Shown here: one piece after another, positions 40,217 through 51,914 of the stretch
Layout of the letters: each line of letters opens with the position of its first letter
Numbering within the stretch: position 1 is the stretch's first letter
DNA from: Lobosporangium transversale
Taxonomy: Eukaryota
Direction of reading: 5' to 3'
Assembly: GCF_002105155.1 (NCBI RefSeq)
Contig: NW_019029000.1
Coordinates: forward strand, 186,001-250,000
DNA length: 64,000 nt
The notes under the pieces: model-generated
What the model was told of the DNA's origin: nothing
Database searches by the model: none
What the model saw: only the letters and a program-made list of their open reading frames with translations
Translations under genes and position numbers: made by a program

Positions 40217-43206
40217 ATGTCGCTGCCTTCTCTCACAGACCTCGTCAAGCGTCCAGGAATAGGCACGCTTGGGAGATCAATTCAGGTTCGGACTAACCAT
40301 TTCGGAATCCAAAAGCTTCCAGACACGCTGATCTACCACTATGATATTTCCATTACGCCAGCAATGCCTGTTGGTGTAAACCGAAAGATCTTCACAGAAT
40401 TCATGAATCTTTATGGAGTATCCGATCTTGATTGCAAGCATCCTGTTTACGATGGTCGAAGCAATATGTTCTCACCAAAAGAATTCCCTTTTGAGACTCG
40501 CACATTTGATGTAAGAGAAAAAAAAAAAAAAAAAAAAAAAAAAAAACAACCTGCCGTTTTAGCTTGTTTTTCAGTACTGACTACGCCTGCTCTGTCCCTA
40601 TAATATTCGTATGGAAGGTCACGTTAATAGAGGAAACCAATCCCAGAGGAGAAGCGCCTTCGTTCAGAGTCAGGGTCAAGAAAGTTGCGACGATCAATTT
40701 ATGGGAGCTGCATCAGTTCCTTCAAGGCAAATCACGCTTGACCAATAACTGTCTAGCGTCAATTATGGCTCTTGATATCCTTATTCATTTCAAACCTGCT
40801 ATGCTATATTTCATCGTCGCGCGGTCCTTTTTCCTCCCCACCAACAAGCAGATCCTCGCTGGTGGCCTTGAAGCATGGCGAGGTTTCTATCAGTCTGTGC
40901 GCCCTGCTGCCGGCAAGCTGACAATCAACATTGACATCTCAGCTACCGCTTTCTATCAATCAGGGTCCTTGATCGAGCAGACTTGCAAATTCTTGAATCT
41001 TCGAAGCACTGGTTTGTGATATGATCTTTTTATTTTTATTTTTTTTTTTCCTCAATAGTATGTAGAAGAGGTTATTGGGCCGGCCAGTAATTGCTTGTCG
41101 CATAATCTTTGCAAATGTATAGGTGACCTGCATCGCTCGGCTCCACCCATCAATTGGGTACAGGTCGAGAGACACTTTAAGGGCGTCCGTATCCGAGTCA
41201 TACACCGGCAGGCACGCAAGAGAACTTTCAAGATCTATGGTATGACCAAGGCCTCAGCTCGCGAGACTGTCTTTAAAATATCTGCTGAGCGTAAGGAAGG
41301 CGACGTCGGCGCGTCTCAGGCTGAGGCCGAAATCGACGTTGCCAGCTACTTCAAGCAGGCCTATAACATCAGTCTCAGTTATCCATCGCTCCCTTGCATC
41401 GTTGTCAGCAAAAAGATGATCCTCCCAATGGAGGTATGCACCATAGTCGAGGGCCAACGATATATGAGGAAGCTTAACGAACGCCAGACAGCAGACATGA
41501 TCAAATTCACGTCTCAGTCACCAGCTGCCCGTGCTAACATTATTAAAGATGGTATTAACCTTCTGAAGTACGAAGATAACGAGTATCTGAACGAATTTGG
41601 CTTGAAGGTATCTAACGAAATGGAAACTACCAAGGCACGAATCCTACCTTCCCCAACCCTCCAGTTCCATCCGACTTCAAAAGAGCCTCGCCACATTCCT
41701 CGTGAGGGGGCATGGAACTTGAAGGATAAGAAGGTGATCCGTGGCGCGACTCTTGGCTCTTGGGGTGTGGTAGTCTTTGGTAATGAACGAACACTCCCAC
41801 CCGGACAAGCCCAGGCTTTCCTACGCGAATTCATCGTAGCCTGCACAGATACTGGCATGGCTATCCTAAATAAGAATCCCCCTATCAGCTACCTTTCTCC
41901 ACAAGGTAACATCGAGGAAGGTCTCAAGAAAGCGTGGCTCCAGGCTGGGAATGCGGTCAAGTCGCAGCCACAGCTGCTAATCTGCATCCTTCCCAACACT
42001 GGTGTACAGCTCTACGCTGAGATCAAACGCGTGACTGATACATTTCTTGGCGTTGCGTCTCAATGTCTTCAATCGAAGCAAGTGGGGAACCCAAGGAGAC
42101 AATACTGTGCCAATGTTTGCCTCAAGATCAATGTCAAACTCGGGGGTGCAAACGTTGAACTTGCCCCAGGCACCTTCCCAATACTGACAACCAGGCCCAT
42201 CATCATATTTGGTGCCGACGTTTCTCATCCTCAACCAGGTAGGAGCCACGAAGGACTAACATTGGTAAATAACCCCGTTCGGTGATCAATCAAATTAAAA
42301 TTTTTGCTTTCATTAAAAAAAGGAGACGATGTTCGTCCCTCAATCGCTACTCTCGTTGGGTCAATGGACAGTAAGGCTGCTCGATATGCTGCAGCCGTCC
42401 GTATCCAGACTGCCAGGACCGAGACCATTGCAGATCTTTCTGATATGGTTATGGAGCTCCTCAAGACGTTTTACCAGAGGCAAGATCAAACTTAAAATGA
42501 AGGTTAATATATGCGTTCGGTTTACTTTAGGAATTTTTCTAATTGTTGAGTCTCTTACTTTTTATTTTCTGATACTGCGGCCGGGTTGCGAATATCCATT
42601 ACCTAGCTGCGGCGAAAAACCTGAGCGTATTCTTTTCTTCCGTGATGGCGTATCAGAAGGGCAATTCGCGGAGGTTCTCAAGATTGAAGTCCCTGCTATC
42701 CGAGCTGCCTGCCAGCGCTTAGAAATCAGTTACATGCCCGCAATTACCTTTATTGTTGTCCAAAAGCGACATCGTACCCGCTTCTTCCCAATGAAAGCCT
42801 CCGATGGCGATCGTAGCGGCAACTGCCTTGCTGGAACTGTCGTGGATACAGGCATCGTACACCCCTTTGAATTCGACTTTTACTTACAATCCCAGTCAGG
42901 GCTTTTGGGGACTTCGCGGCCAGTACACTATCATGTGCTCCTAGACAACAGTAATTTCACAGCAGATGAGCTACAAGACCTATCATTCAAGTTATGCCAC
43001 CTTTACGCGCGAAGCACGCGAGCTGTCTCTTTGGTACCCCCTGTCTACTATGCTCACATTATTGGGACGCGCGTTAGGTACCATTCACGAGGAGATATCT
43101 TCTCGGAGGGTTCTTCTGAGGGCACTGTCCCCAGTGGAAGTGGAGCTGCAAACTCCTACGTGACTGTGAGACCTGACTTGATGAAAGGCAAGCAATATTT
43201 TTTTAG

Positions 43207-43240
<34 letters not shown>

Positions 43241-43297
43241 GTTCCATGCTGACATATTTTGTACTGTTTCCCTCTGATAGTCATGTGGTTCATGTAG
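40217..43297 (+). CDS. AGO: Argonaute (AGO clade; ArgoN-L1-PAZ-L2-MID-PIWI). Exons 40217..40510, 40618..41011, 41123..42238, 42323..42479, 42607..43187, 43281..43297
   Basis: [99 protein letters not shown]-terminal VMWFM*. Confidence 0.97.
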
Positions 43298-43664
43298 CGG
43301 GGTCTCTATAATGGAAGAAGCCAACAGATAGCAAGCACAAGTCTACCCTTTTTTCTTTGCTTTATAAATTTACGACAAGTAGCATTAATGAATTGAATAC
43401 ATTATGCCTTACCATCAACCATGTTCCTATCTTTCATCATTAATAGTTGTTAGCTTTGACTTAGACCCTTACGACCACTCCAGGATGTTTAGCTGCAAAA
43501 CATCCTGTTGGGTTATCTATAACCCATTTACCAATTACCTTCCTAACCTTTGAATAGGGCCTTCCTGATCATGATTACTCAGCTAATTATTAATGCACAG
43601 CAGTGTCCCCAGCTGTCCATTTAGTCTCTTCTCTACCACTATTGAGAACAGGAGCTCCATCTCG

Positions 43665-43997
43665 TTTTTTTTTTTTTTTTTTTTTGACGAGGTCATGTAG
43701 GATTTATTTAGGTGTGAGCTCTATAAATGGGTTCCCCACTACTGGGGTCGCGAATAAAGCGGTTACCAATAATCGTCCGAAGCCGCATCGTCATATTGCC
43801 ACAGTACAACATCCTGTTCATAAACCACGTCAGCAAGGAGTAGACTTCCTTGACCCCCGGGGACCTGTGACACGGCTCTACTCCCTACTTAGCCTGTTGT
43901 GCGCGAAGGTCATCCTTTAGCCGCAATCCTCAATCATCAAAAATTCGCAACCTCCCAGGCGCTCCATAACCGCCATCGTACGATATGGGTTCCATAC
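43665..43997 (-). mobile_element. 3' fragment of a poly(A)-tailed non-LTR retroelement (LINE-like), degenerate
   Basis: Poly(T) 43665-43685 followed by ACGAGGTCATGTAGGATTTATTTAG.TGT.AGCTCTATAAATGG, which is shared with the TSD-flanked insert at 44616-44701. A minus-strand remnant WNPYRTMAVMERLG weakly recalls LINE ORF2 C-termini. Confidence 0.55.
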
Positions 43998-44222
43998 AGT
44001 GACCCGTTACTGATGTACTGAACAATACGTACTTGAGGTTTTTTTCACTTATTATTTACTTTTCACTTTTCTTTTACTCGATATTTACTTTTCTTTTACT
44101 TTTCTTTTACTTTTCTTTTACTTTTTTTTTTTTTTTTTTTTTACCGATGTTTAAGTAAATAATAAGTAAAAATTTACTGAAAAAAACCTCAAGTAAGTAT
44201 TGCTCAGTACATCAGTACGGGT
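43998..44222. mobile_element. MITE-like inverted-repeat element
   Basis: About 45-bp imperfect terminal inverted repeats (ACCCGTTACTGATGTACTGAACAATACGTACTTGAGGTTTTTTTCA / TGAAAAAAACCTCAAGTAAGTATTGCTCAGTACATCAGTACGGGT) around an AT-rich non-coding core. GGGTTCCATAC repeats directly at 43987 and 44219. Confidence 0.7.
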
Positions 44223-44615
44223 TCCATACTGTTGTGGCTAACTATTTTATTTTTATTTTGTAGTCTACAAATCGGACATTCTGTTGATCTACAGTTAAAA
44301 GAATCTTTGTGCAACGCCTTATAAGCTATAGGTGAGTCCACCTCACCTAGAAAGCACCACAGTCAGGCCTGTAGGCTAAGTTATAAAAGCCAAAGAACTT
44401 CTTTCTCAATAAAGTCTTCAGTTTACCCATAGACCTTGAGTTTACCAATAAGTCTTAAGTTTCCCCTATCTGTCTTGTTCTTGACCTGCAGTTTATCTTG
44501 CCTTTTTATCCTTTTCCCCTTGTCCCAACAAGCATTCGTCTTCCGGTAACTCAGTTTGTGAGCTCACCTATGAAGTTCCCATCTACCCTTTTGGCATCCT
44601 ATGGCGCTGTTTGTC

Positions 44616-44701
44616 TTTTTTTTTTTTTTTTTTTTTTTTTTTTGATAACAAGGACCCACGAGGTCATGTAGGATTTATTTAGATGTTAGCTCTATAAATG
44701 G
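44616..44701 (-). mobile_element. 5'-truncated non-LTR retro-insertion (58 nt + poly(A)28) with 19-bp target-site duplication
   Basis: Identical TCCTATGGCGCTGTTTGTC at 44597-44615 and 44702-44720 flank poly(T)28 plus 58 nt homologous to the element at 43665. Confidence 0.85.
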
Positions 44702-44909
44702 TCCTATGGCGCTGTTTGTCGTCAAGATTATTTGCCTCTATTTCCTCTTGTTATTGTCTTTTCCTGATTTTGTGTCTATCTTTTGCCCCTTAAGCAAATA
44801 TACACCTTATTTATAGCATAATGTAAGCACGTGATTATTAGTTTATGTAATTATACAAGTATAGAGATCATGCTCTCAGCCAATGAGATCCACCGAATCC
44901 GGCGGCTAA

Positions 44910-44981
44910 GGGGTTGTAGCTCAGTGGTAGAGCGCTCGCTTTGCATGCGAGAGGCCCGGAGTTCAAACCTCCGCTGCTCCA
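44910..44981 (+). tRNA. tRNA-Ala (anticodon TGC), intronless
   Basis: GGGGTTGTAGCTCAGTGGTAGAGCGCTCGCTTTGCATGCGAGAGGCCCGGAGTTCAAACCTCCGCTGCTCCA folds as a cloverleaf with G3:U70 Ala identity pair, A and B boxes, and a downstream oligo-T Pol III terminator. Confidence 0.95.
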
Positions 44982-45198
44982 TGTTTTCTTTTTTTTTTGC
45001 ATTCAATGCTAGTCAATGCACGCTGATTTCAGTCGGCCCTTTGGGCGTTGTGATTTTATGACAGCAGGAGGAGTAATTTTGCTTGGACCTTTACGGCTGT
45101 GTTTGCTACCCCTATCAACGTATAAATTGGTAACAATAATCAAGTTTGATCGAATACTCATACTTTACTCTAATTAATTTTATTCTTATTATTTTTTT

Positions 45199-46716
45199 CT
45201 ACTTGAACATGCGCAGGTAGGCTGAAGGAAGGAAAAAAAAATAAAAATAAAAAAGAGAGATTGTGAAAATAAATGTTAAACAATCTAGACTTGTCTTTTG
45301 CTTACTCACATATACAGTGAGCAATGTACTGAAAAGTAAAGAAAAAGAAAAAGAAACAGAAAAAAAAAAAAAAAAACTTACCCAAGATCAAGGCTCCTGC
45401 ACCAGTGATGGTACCAATCATATACTGTAAAGTCTGCAACTTGATCGTCTCCATCTGTGTTCTCAATGCTGCAATCTCTTGTTCAATCCTTTCCTCTGTC
45501 GCTCGAACCTTCAATTCCTGTGTCGCAGCTTCGTCTCGGATTCGTCCCTTTTCAAGATTCAAGTCCAACCGGACTCCTGCCTGTGTACGTGCTACTTCTT
45601 CTCTCAAACGTTGACGCAGCTTCTCAATCTCAGAGACTAGACGTTCATTGTTGGTGTTTGTCAATGAAAAATCATTTTTTTCCAACATTTGCAATTCAGA
45701 TTTTAGAGCCGCAAAATCGACTTTATAGGTGTAGACCGTCTATAAACACGGATGAAAAAAAATAAAAAAAATAAGAAAAAAAATGGAGCATTATAAACAT
45801 GTATGTTATTAGTAATGAGTAGCCTAGCCTTAGAAAACTCGAGTCCATGTTGAGAATGCTTTATAACTGAAGAGATCTGTTCTTTCCCTTCAAGATACCT
45901 TATCCTGATCAGCTTTTGTCACCATGTTCTTCGTAAGATTGTTCATGCTGTTACCACAACAACAAAAACAAAAGAATAAAAAAAAAATAAAAAAAATAAA
46001 AAGCATACAGAAATAAATAAGCATCAGATAAATATGCCAGAGCACCTTGAAGATCATGTCATGCTATAGGAGCAATCGATTCATGTCATTTATTTTACCT
46101 TTCTGTAATAACCTCGTCCAATGCATTCATAATAGCCTCTGACTGCTGTCGTGAAAAGCCTTCCCGCTCCAGTTTCTCTACAAATCGATGTGTGTCAAAA
46201 TGATGTCCACCTCCATCATCCAGAGCTGGTCCTGAGGTCGAAAAGGCCCGAATCGGTACTATGCTGCGTGGAAATGCAAAGGTACTACTCAAAGATACTC
46301 CATCGGTTACTGATGTTGTTAATCCTGAATCTCTGCAAAGCTCCTTCTGCGAAGATAATGATAGTTTAAAGCGCGTCGAATAACGATGACGATGAATAAG
46401 GCATTGCTGTTGTTGTTGTTGGCTCCCTTTTGATATACTTTGTCCCAAATACGCAGCGGAAGTGATGCTCCGTGACGGAGCAATGATCCTTGAGGCAACA
46501 AGTTTGGTGCCTAAGAAGGAAAAAAAAAAAAAAAAGAGATAAGTACTGTCTGCTGATTACATCCTATAACACAACAATAGTAATAAAAAAAGGATTCTCT
46601 TGCATATTTATGTGTGTCTTTGTCAGTTACTCACAAGCAATCTGCACTTGCGCTTGACTCTGCACCAGCTTTGAAACGTTAGATAGAATGTTCTGAGCCG
46701 AAAGTCTGTTAATCAT
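45199..46716 (-). CDS. Mitochondrial CCDC90/MCUR1-like coiled-coil protein (DUF1640; Fmp32-like), 5 exons
   Basis: HHFDTHRFVEKLEREGFSRQQSEAIM, TQAGVRLDLNLEKGRIRDE, KLQTLQYMIGTITGAGALIL|AYLRMFK*. Basic, hydroxylated presequence-like N-terminus MINRLSAQNILS. Confidence 0.92.
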
Positions 46717-46970
46717 CTGTAATTAAAAAACGGGTTGAATGTCCTCCGGAAAGATGATGTCCTATTAGATTAATTCGTGATTTTAAAATGCCGAAGAGGA
46801 TCAATAATTAGATCTTATTGAGATGTGCAAACCATTTTACCATAATCACGTGGGCATTTTTGTGCATGGTGGATAAAAGTGAGAACATCTTGTCTTTAAT
46901 TTCTGTTGTTACAATAGACTAAGCTAACGGGTACATGAGTGAAACAAGGAAAAAAAGAAGAGAGATTTTT

Positions 46971-49489
46971 TTAATGGACAGGGGCCACAGGCACTTGGGA
47001 GTTGGTAAGCGACGAAGCAGGGATGGGAGATGATTTGATGCTGCTATTATTATATTTCACCGACAAAGCACTCTCCTCATCCTCTTCGTCCTCATCCTCA
47101 GAAGAAGAACAAGCATGACCGTCGGAACGAGGCTTGGGATTAGGGTTCCAAACCGCAAAAGGGCCTTCACCAAAATGATGTGAATGATACAAGCACGAGT
47201 TCTGAATTGTGCAGGCCTCAATGGACTTGACCCAAGGATCTTCCAAGACCTCGGACATAAGCACACGCTTCTTTGGATCCACCTCCAACATCTTGGACAG
47301 AATAGGGCGGCTCTCACGTGGCATCAGTTTGAGTAGACGAGACTTGCCGGACCCACTAGCATTAGTGAAGGCCTCGAATGAAGGGTCTGCATCCTTACGA
47401 GCCAATTTCCAAGGAAAACGACGAAGTGTCATGCAAATAAAGATGATGGCTAGTGACCAGACATCTGCTAGACGGGGGTCATGCTCTTCTGTAATAAAGA
47501 CTTCAGGGGCAATATAAGGATCTGAGCCAGACACGCCTGAGCCAAAAAAAAAAAAAAAAAAAAAAAAAATGATTAGATGAATGTTTTTCCACACCTCCAC
47601 GCGACATAAAAATAAATAAATGATAAATGAGCTCACAATTTCCGCTCGTTAATATAATCTCACAAGTTGTAGAGCAACATGCATGAATACACCAAAAAAA
47701 AAAAAAAAAAAAAAAAAAAAACCACTATACAATCATTACCTTTTGCCATCTGTATCTGTTTCTCGAATGGTAACCGATAAACAACAGAGCATCCAAAATC
47801 AATGATTTTGACAATCCCACGCTCATTCATCACAATATTGTCGAGCTTGAGATCACGATGTGCCACACCCATCTCATGCAAGTATGCCACTCCATCAATT
47901 GCGCCCTTGAAACAGCACGCAATTTCATCTCGACCCATCTGGCCCGACATCACTGCTGTAAATAACTCGTATTTGACAAGCTCCATGATCTCATAGTACT
48001 GATCTCCTTCTTGAACAATATCTAGAGTCTCAATGATGTTGGGATGATGGAATGTCGAGCCCAAGCAGTACTCTGAAGTCAATTTTTTGATGTAGGCACG
48101 TTGAGACTCATTAGGTTTGCGCTTGCGGAATTGCTTGATTGCGAATTCTTTACGATCAGAAACGCGACAGATCACTCGAACAGTTCCTCCTGCGCCACTT
48201 CCAATCACTTTGCCAATCTTGCCATACTTCTTGCGCAAATCTGTTTCAATTGCATTCCCATGAGGTCCGTGCGACTTGGCCGAATCACTGCGGAAGTTGG
48301 GAAAGGACGATGTCTTTTTAATCTTGGGCGTAATGGGTGCTTGATGATGGTCCACATTGTCTTGACCAGCAGGTAGTGAAGGAGATAAGGTCGGGGAGGT
48401 TGAGCGAACCTTCAGGAACCGCTTCAAATCGTGGAAGATCCCATGGGATGTTTCACGACCAGACTTCTTGGCATCACGTTTCCGGGAAAAGAAAGATGCT
48501 TTCTTGGCGGGAGATGATGATGCCATAGCAGGTGAGCCCAAGATAAATGAGTTGGCTGTGGATGATGCAACGGAAGAAGCCTCACCATCTAGTTGTGTAA
48601 CAGGCATTGCCGCTCTTTCTGTCGTTTTTGCCTTGGCAGGAACGGCTATGGGTTGGGAAGGTCCAGGCGAGGCATCCTCCTCAACCGCGGCAGGGGTACT
48701 TTGGCATTCATCGCTTTCGCAACATGCCTCAGCATTCACCACAAAAACGGAATCCCTGTCCAGACGGTGTTCTTCAAGAGCATCAGTAAGATTCTGAATT
48801 CCTAGCTCCTCTTCAGCCTCGGATTGTTGTTTGGGCGAATGTTGAGTCGAAGACATCTGACGACGTTGAGTCCACTCTTGAATTGAGGAAGGATCATGAT
48901 GATGATGATGATGATAGTAGTGAGGGGGGATGCTATGATGATGATAGGGATGATGAGGATAGTGATGATGGTTATCATCCTCGTCATTCGAGTTTTGTCG
49001 TGAAACATCCATGGAAGTGGGCATCGACAGCAAAACTTCAGTAGTTTCAGAGTTTGTTCTGGTGAGATGTGAATCGTGGATATGGGACGATGAAACAGAG
49101 TATTGTGAATTTTGATATACTGGCGAGGAAGGGACTGGGTGAAGAGGACGTAATGAGCTATTGGATCCCTGACGATGAGGAATAGATGCTCCAATGTCTG
49201 AGGCCTGCTCTAGACTCGAGACATCTGTATTGTCATCAACCTCCTCTGGATCCTCAGTCAAATGCGAAGCAGCAACCAATTGGGACGACGCATTGTTGGT
49301 GGCGTGTAAGGCATGTCGACGAGATTGTTCCACTACTGAAGGTGATGATGCGACAGCTGTTGCGGGCATATCACTGTTGCCTTCTTCCTCCAGGGACAAT
49401 GAAGAGCAAGCCAGTGGTGAAATTGCAATTGTTCTCTTTGCAGATGGGGTGTTAAATTGAGCAGGATGTGAAGTGGTAAGGGTTGTCAT
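46971..49489 (-). CDS. HAL-family Ser/Thr protein kinase (Hrk1/Ptk2/Npr1-like). Exons 49489..47740, 47536..46971
   Basis: KKYGKIGKVIGSGAGGTV, FAIKQF, EYCLGSTFHHPNIIETLDI, HRDLKLDN, IIDFG, GSDPYIAPE, DVWS. Long disordered His/Ser-rich N-terminus. Confidence 0.93.
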
Positions 49490-51914
49490 ATTGAGTATTG
49501 TAAATGAAAAGAGGGGGGGATTTATGTACAGGTATAGTATATTCAATAGAAGCAAGGAGAAGGGAGAAAAGAAAAGAAGAGGTATTAAAGAGTAGAGATG
49601 AATTGGATGGTATTAGGAAAGTAAAAGATGTTTAGCAGAAAAACAAAAGCAAGAAAGAAAGAAAAAGGGCTGTGGTGGGCTCCAATGTGACGATCAAGAA
49701 GAACAAGAATAATGAATGACTGCTCTCCTTTGGGAACAGGATCGACTTTTTTCAAAAAAAAAAAAAAAAAAAGGGAGGTAAAGATTATGATGTATGATGT
49801 GATGGTTGCACTAAACCACCTTGAGAATGATGAATAATACAGAGCGATCAGGAACAAAGTGCAGTGCGAAGTCGATCAAATACGCTGTGATGTTCTAATT
49901 CTAGGCCACAGGAAAAGGGGTTGTTGACTTGCGCAAACAGGACTGGAGAAAGCACGGACAAACAGGAAAGGAATACTTAAACACATGTAATCAATAAAAA
50001 CATTGAAAGTGTGTGCTCCTGTGTTCTTGTGAGGAGTATTTATATCTCAGTAAAGGTAACAAGTAAAGAAGCTGAAAAGGTTGTGTTGGAGAGAGTGGAG
50101 AGAGTGGAGAAAGTAGAGATTGTTAAGCCGTTGAGATGTGAAATGGCCAAATGGAGAGGAACAAAAAAAGAAAAGATAAAAGAGATAAAGAAGGTTAAGA
50201 AACTTGAATATGAGGAAACAAGATCGAAAGGAAGAACAAAAGAGGAGGTGGGGAGATGGAAGAGAGAGAGAAGAAAGAAAAGAGAAAGAGAGAGGAATTA
50301 GGAATCAGGAGAAACAAAATACAAAATGCATTGCGCAGGGCACTCAGAGGGATGTCGAGAAGAGTGTACGGGTAATTTGCGATCAAGGCGTGGTAAAAAG
50401 GGCCTCTCAATTTATCCCTTTTTTTAATCTTTTATCTTTTTGCCCTCGTTGTGCATGAGAAAAGAGAATCCCTATTTAATCATTATTTTTATATATTTAA
50501 ACACAATTAACGATAGCCGCTAGAATTAGTATACAATAAGTATATATAAAATAAATATAAATATATACAGTCGACTGTATATGTATAATATAACTATCAT
50601 TGTCCTCATTCATCATCATTTTCATCCATTTTCATTACATTTTTAAATTCATAAACTAAACTTAATGCATTAAATAAAAGATCTATAACAATAGAATTTT
50701 TTTTTTATACTCCATGCTCCAAACTCTAGTAATGGAACATGTCATATTCACCAACGAAATCTGCTGTCTGCTCTGTATTTCAATGCTGACTTGCTCAAAT
50801 TTTGATCTCCTGAACGAATAAAAAGCTGATATTCATTTCGCTTCTTTTCATTTGATCATTCATCAAAATGTCTTGAGTTGAAATCATCTCTCCTATAGGT
50901 CTGCTGTAGTAGATCCAGCACAAACGGCGCAAGGTGAGGGTAAAGGTGTTAAACATTGATTTACATCAGTTATGATGATAAAATCAGTAATGTTTTTTTT
51001 TTTACCGGAATCTCCAAACACGTTGACATGTTAATCTTTCCTTACGAGAGACTATTCTATCAGTCTATCAGTAGAAGGCCTATAAAAAGGAGTATCTCTG
51101 AACTTACTTCGATAGGGAAATTAAAATGCCGTGTCAAACTTTGCAAAGCTCCGATAGTGTTCTTGTTTGTACACATTGATGCGGCTATGCGATTTTCCAT
51201 CCTATCTTAATGCTTCCATGGTACACACGTTTGTTGAGTTCCCTAAGATGTCGAACGGATGTGGGGGAATTGCTCGCCTGTGCATTTTTGTTTCCTGCAT
51301 GCAATAGTCATAATTGCTGTTCATCATTCATTACATAAAGTCATTGTCAAATCATTATATACCAGATGTTACCAAGATAACAGCTTGTACATAGGAACTA
51401 GACAGTAAGACAAAGCCAATAAAAAAAAAGGACTCATTGGGGCCTGCTTAGTCATAAGTTCCTACGTGATTACCGGGAAGAATTGCGAGAGTGTAATGCC
51501 ATGAGAGAATGTTATACATTAACTTTGTGCGCGATTTTTGGAAGAAGGTTAGTAAAACATGTTTTGCCCTTTTTTTGCTTTCTTTCTTTTTTTTCTTTCG
51601 GAAAATCATTTTCGCCAGCCGAAACTGATTGCGCATTTTTTTGTTTTCCTTTTTCTTTTTTCCCCCCAAAATGATTAGATGTGCGTTTTGTAGATACTCT
51701 CACACAGCAGGCTATACATCCTTTACCGATATTGGTGGAAGAAAGGGAGTATTCATCTTGTAACAATCGTAATATTATATTTTCTCTATAGACAGATAGT
51801 GCACAGGTAACAATGGGCTTGAGCAGGGCATTAGGAAAAATGATCTGCTTCATGTGTTGTTATTATGGTTAGCCCATATGTAATAAATATCCTGTTTTCT
51901 AAGCCTTTACTAGA

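Noticed and set aside
50690..51853. Possible small multi-exon minus-strand gene
   Set aside because: Some splice-like signals exist, but I could not assemble a consistent open frame or recognise a family.
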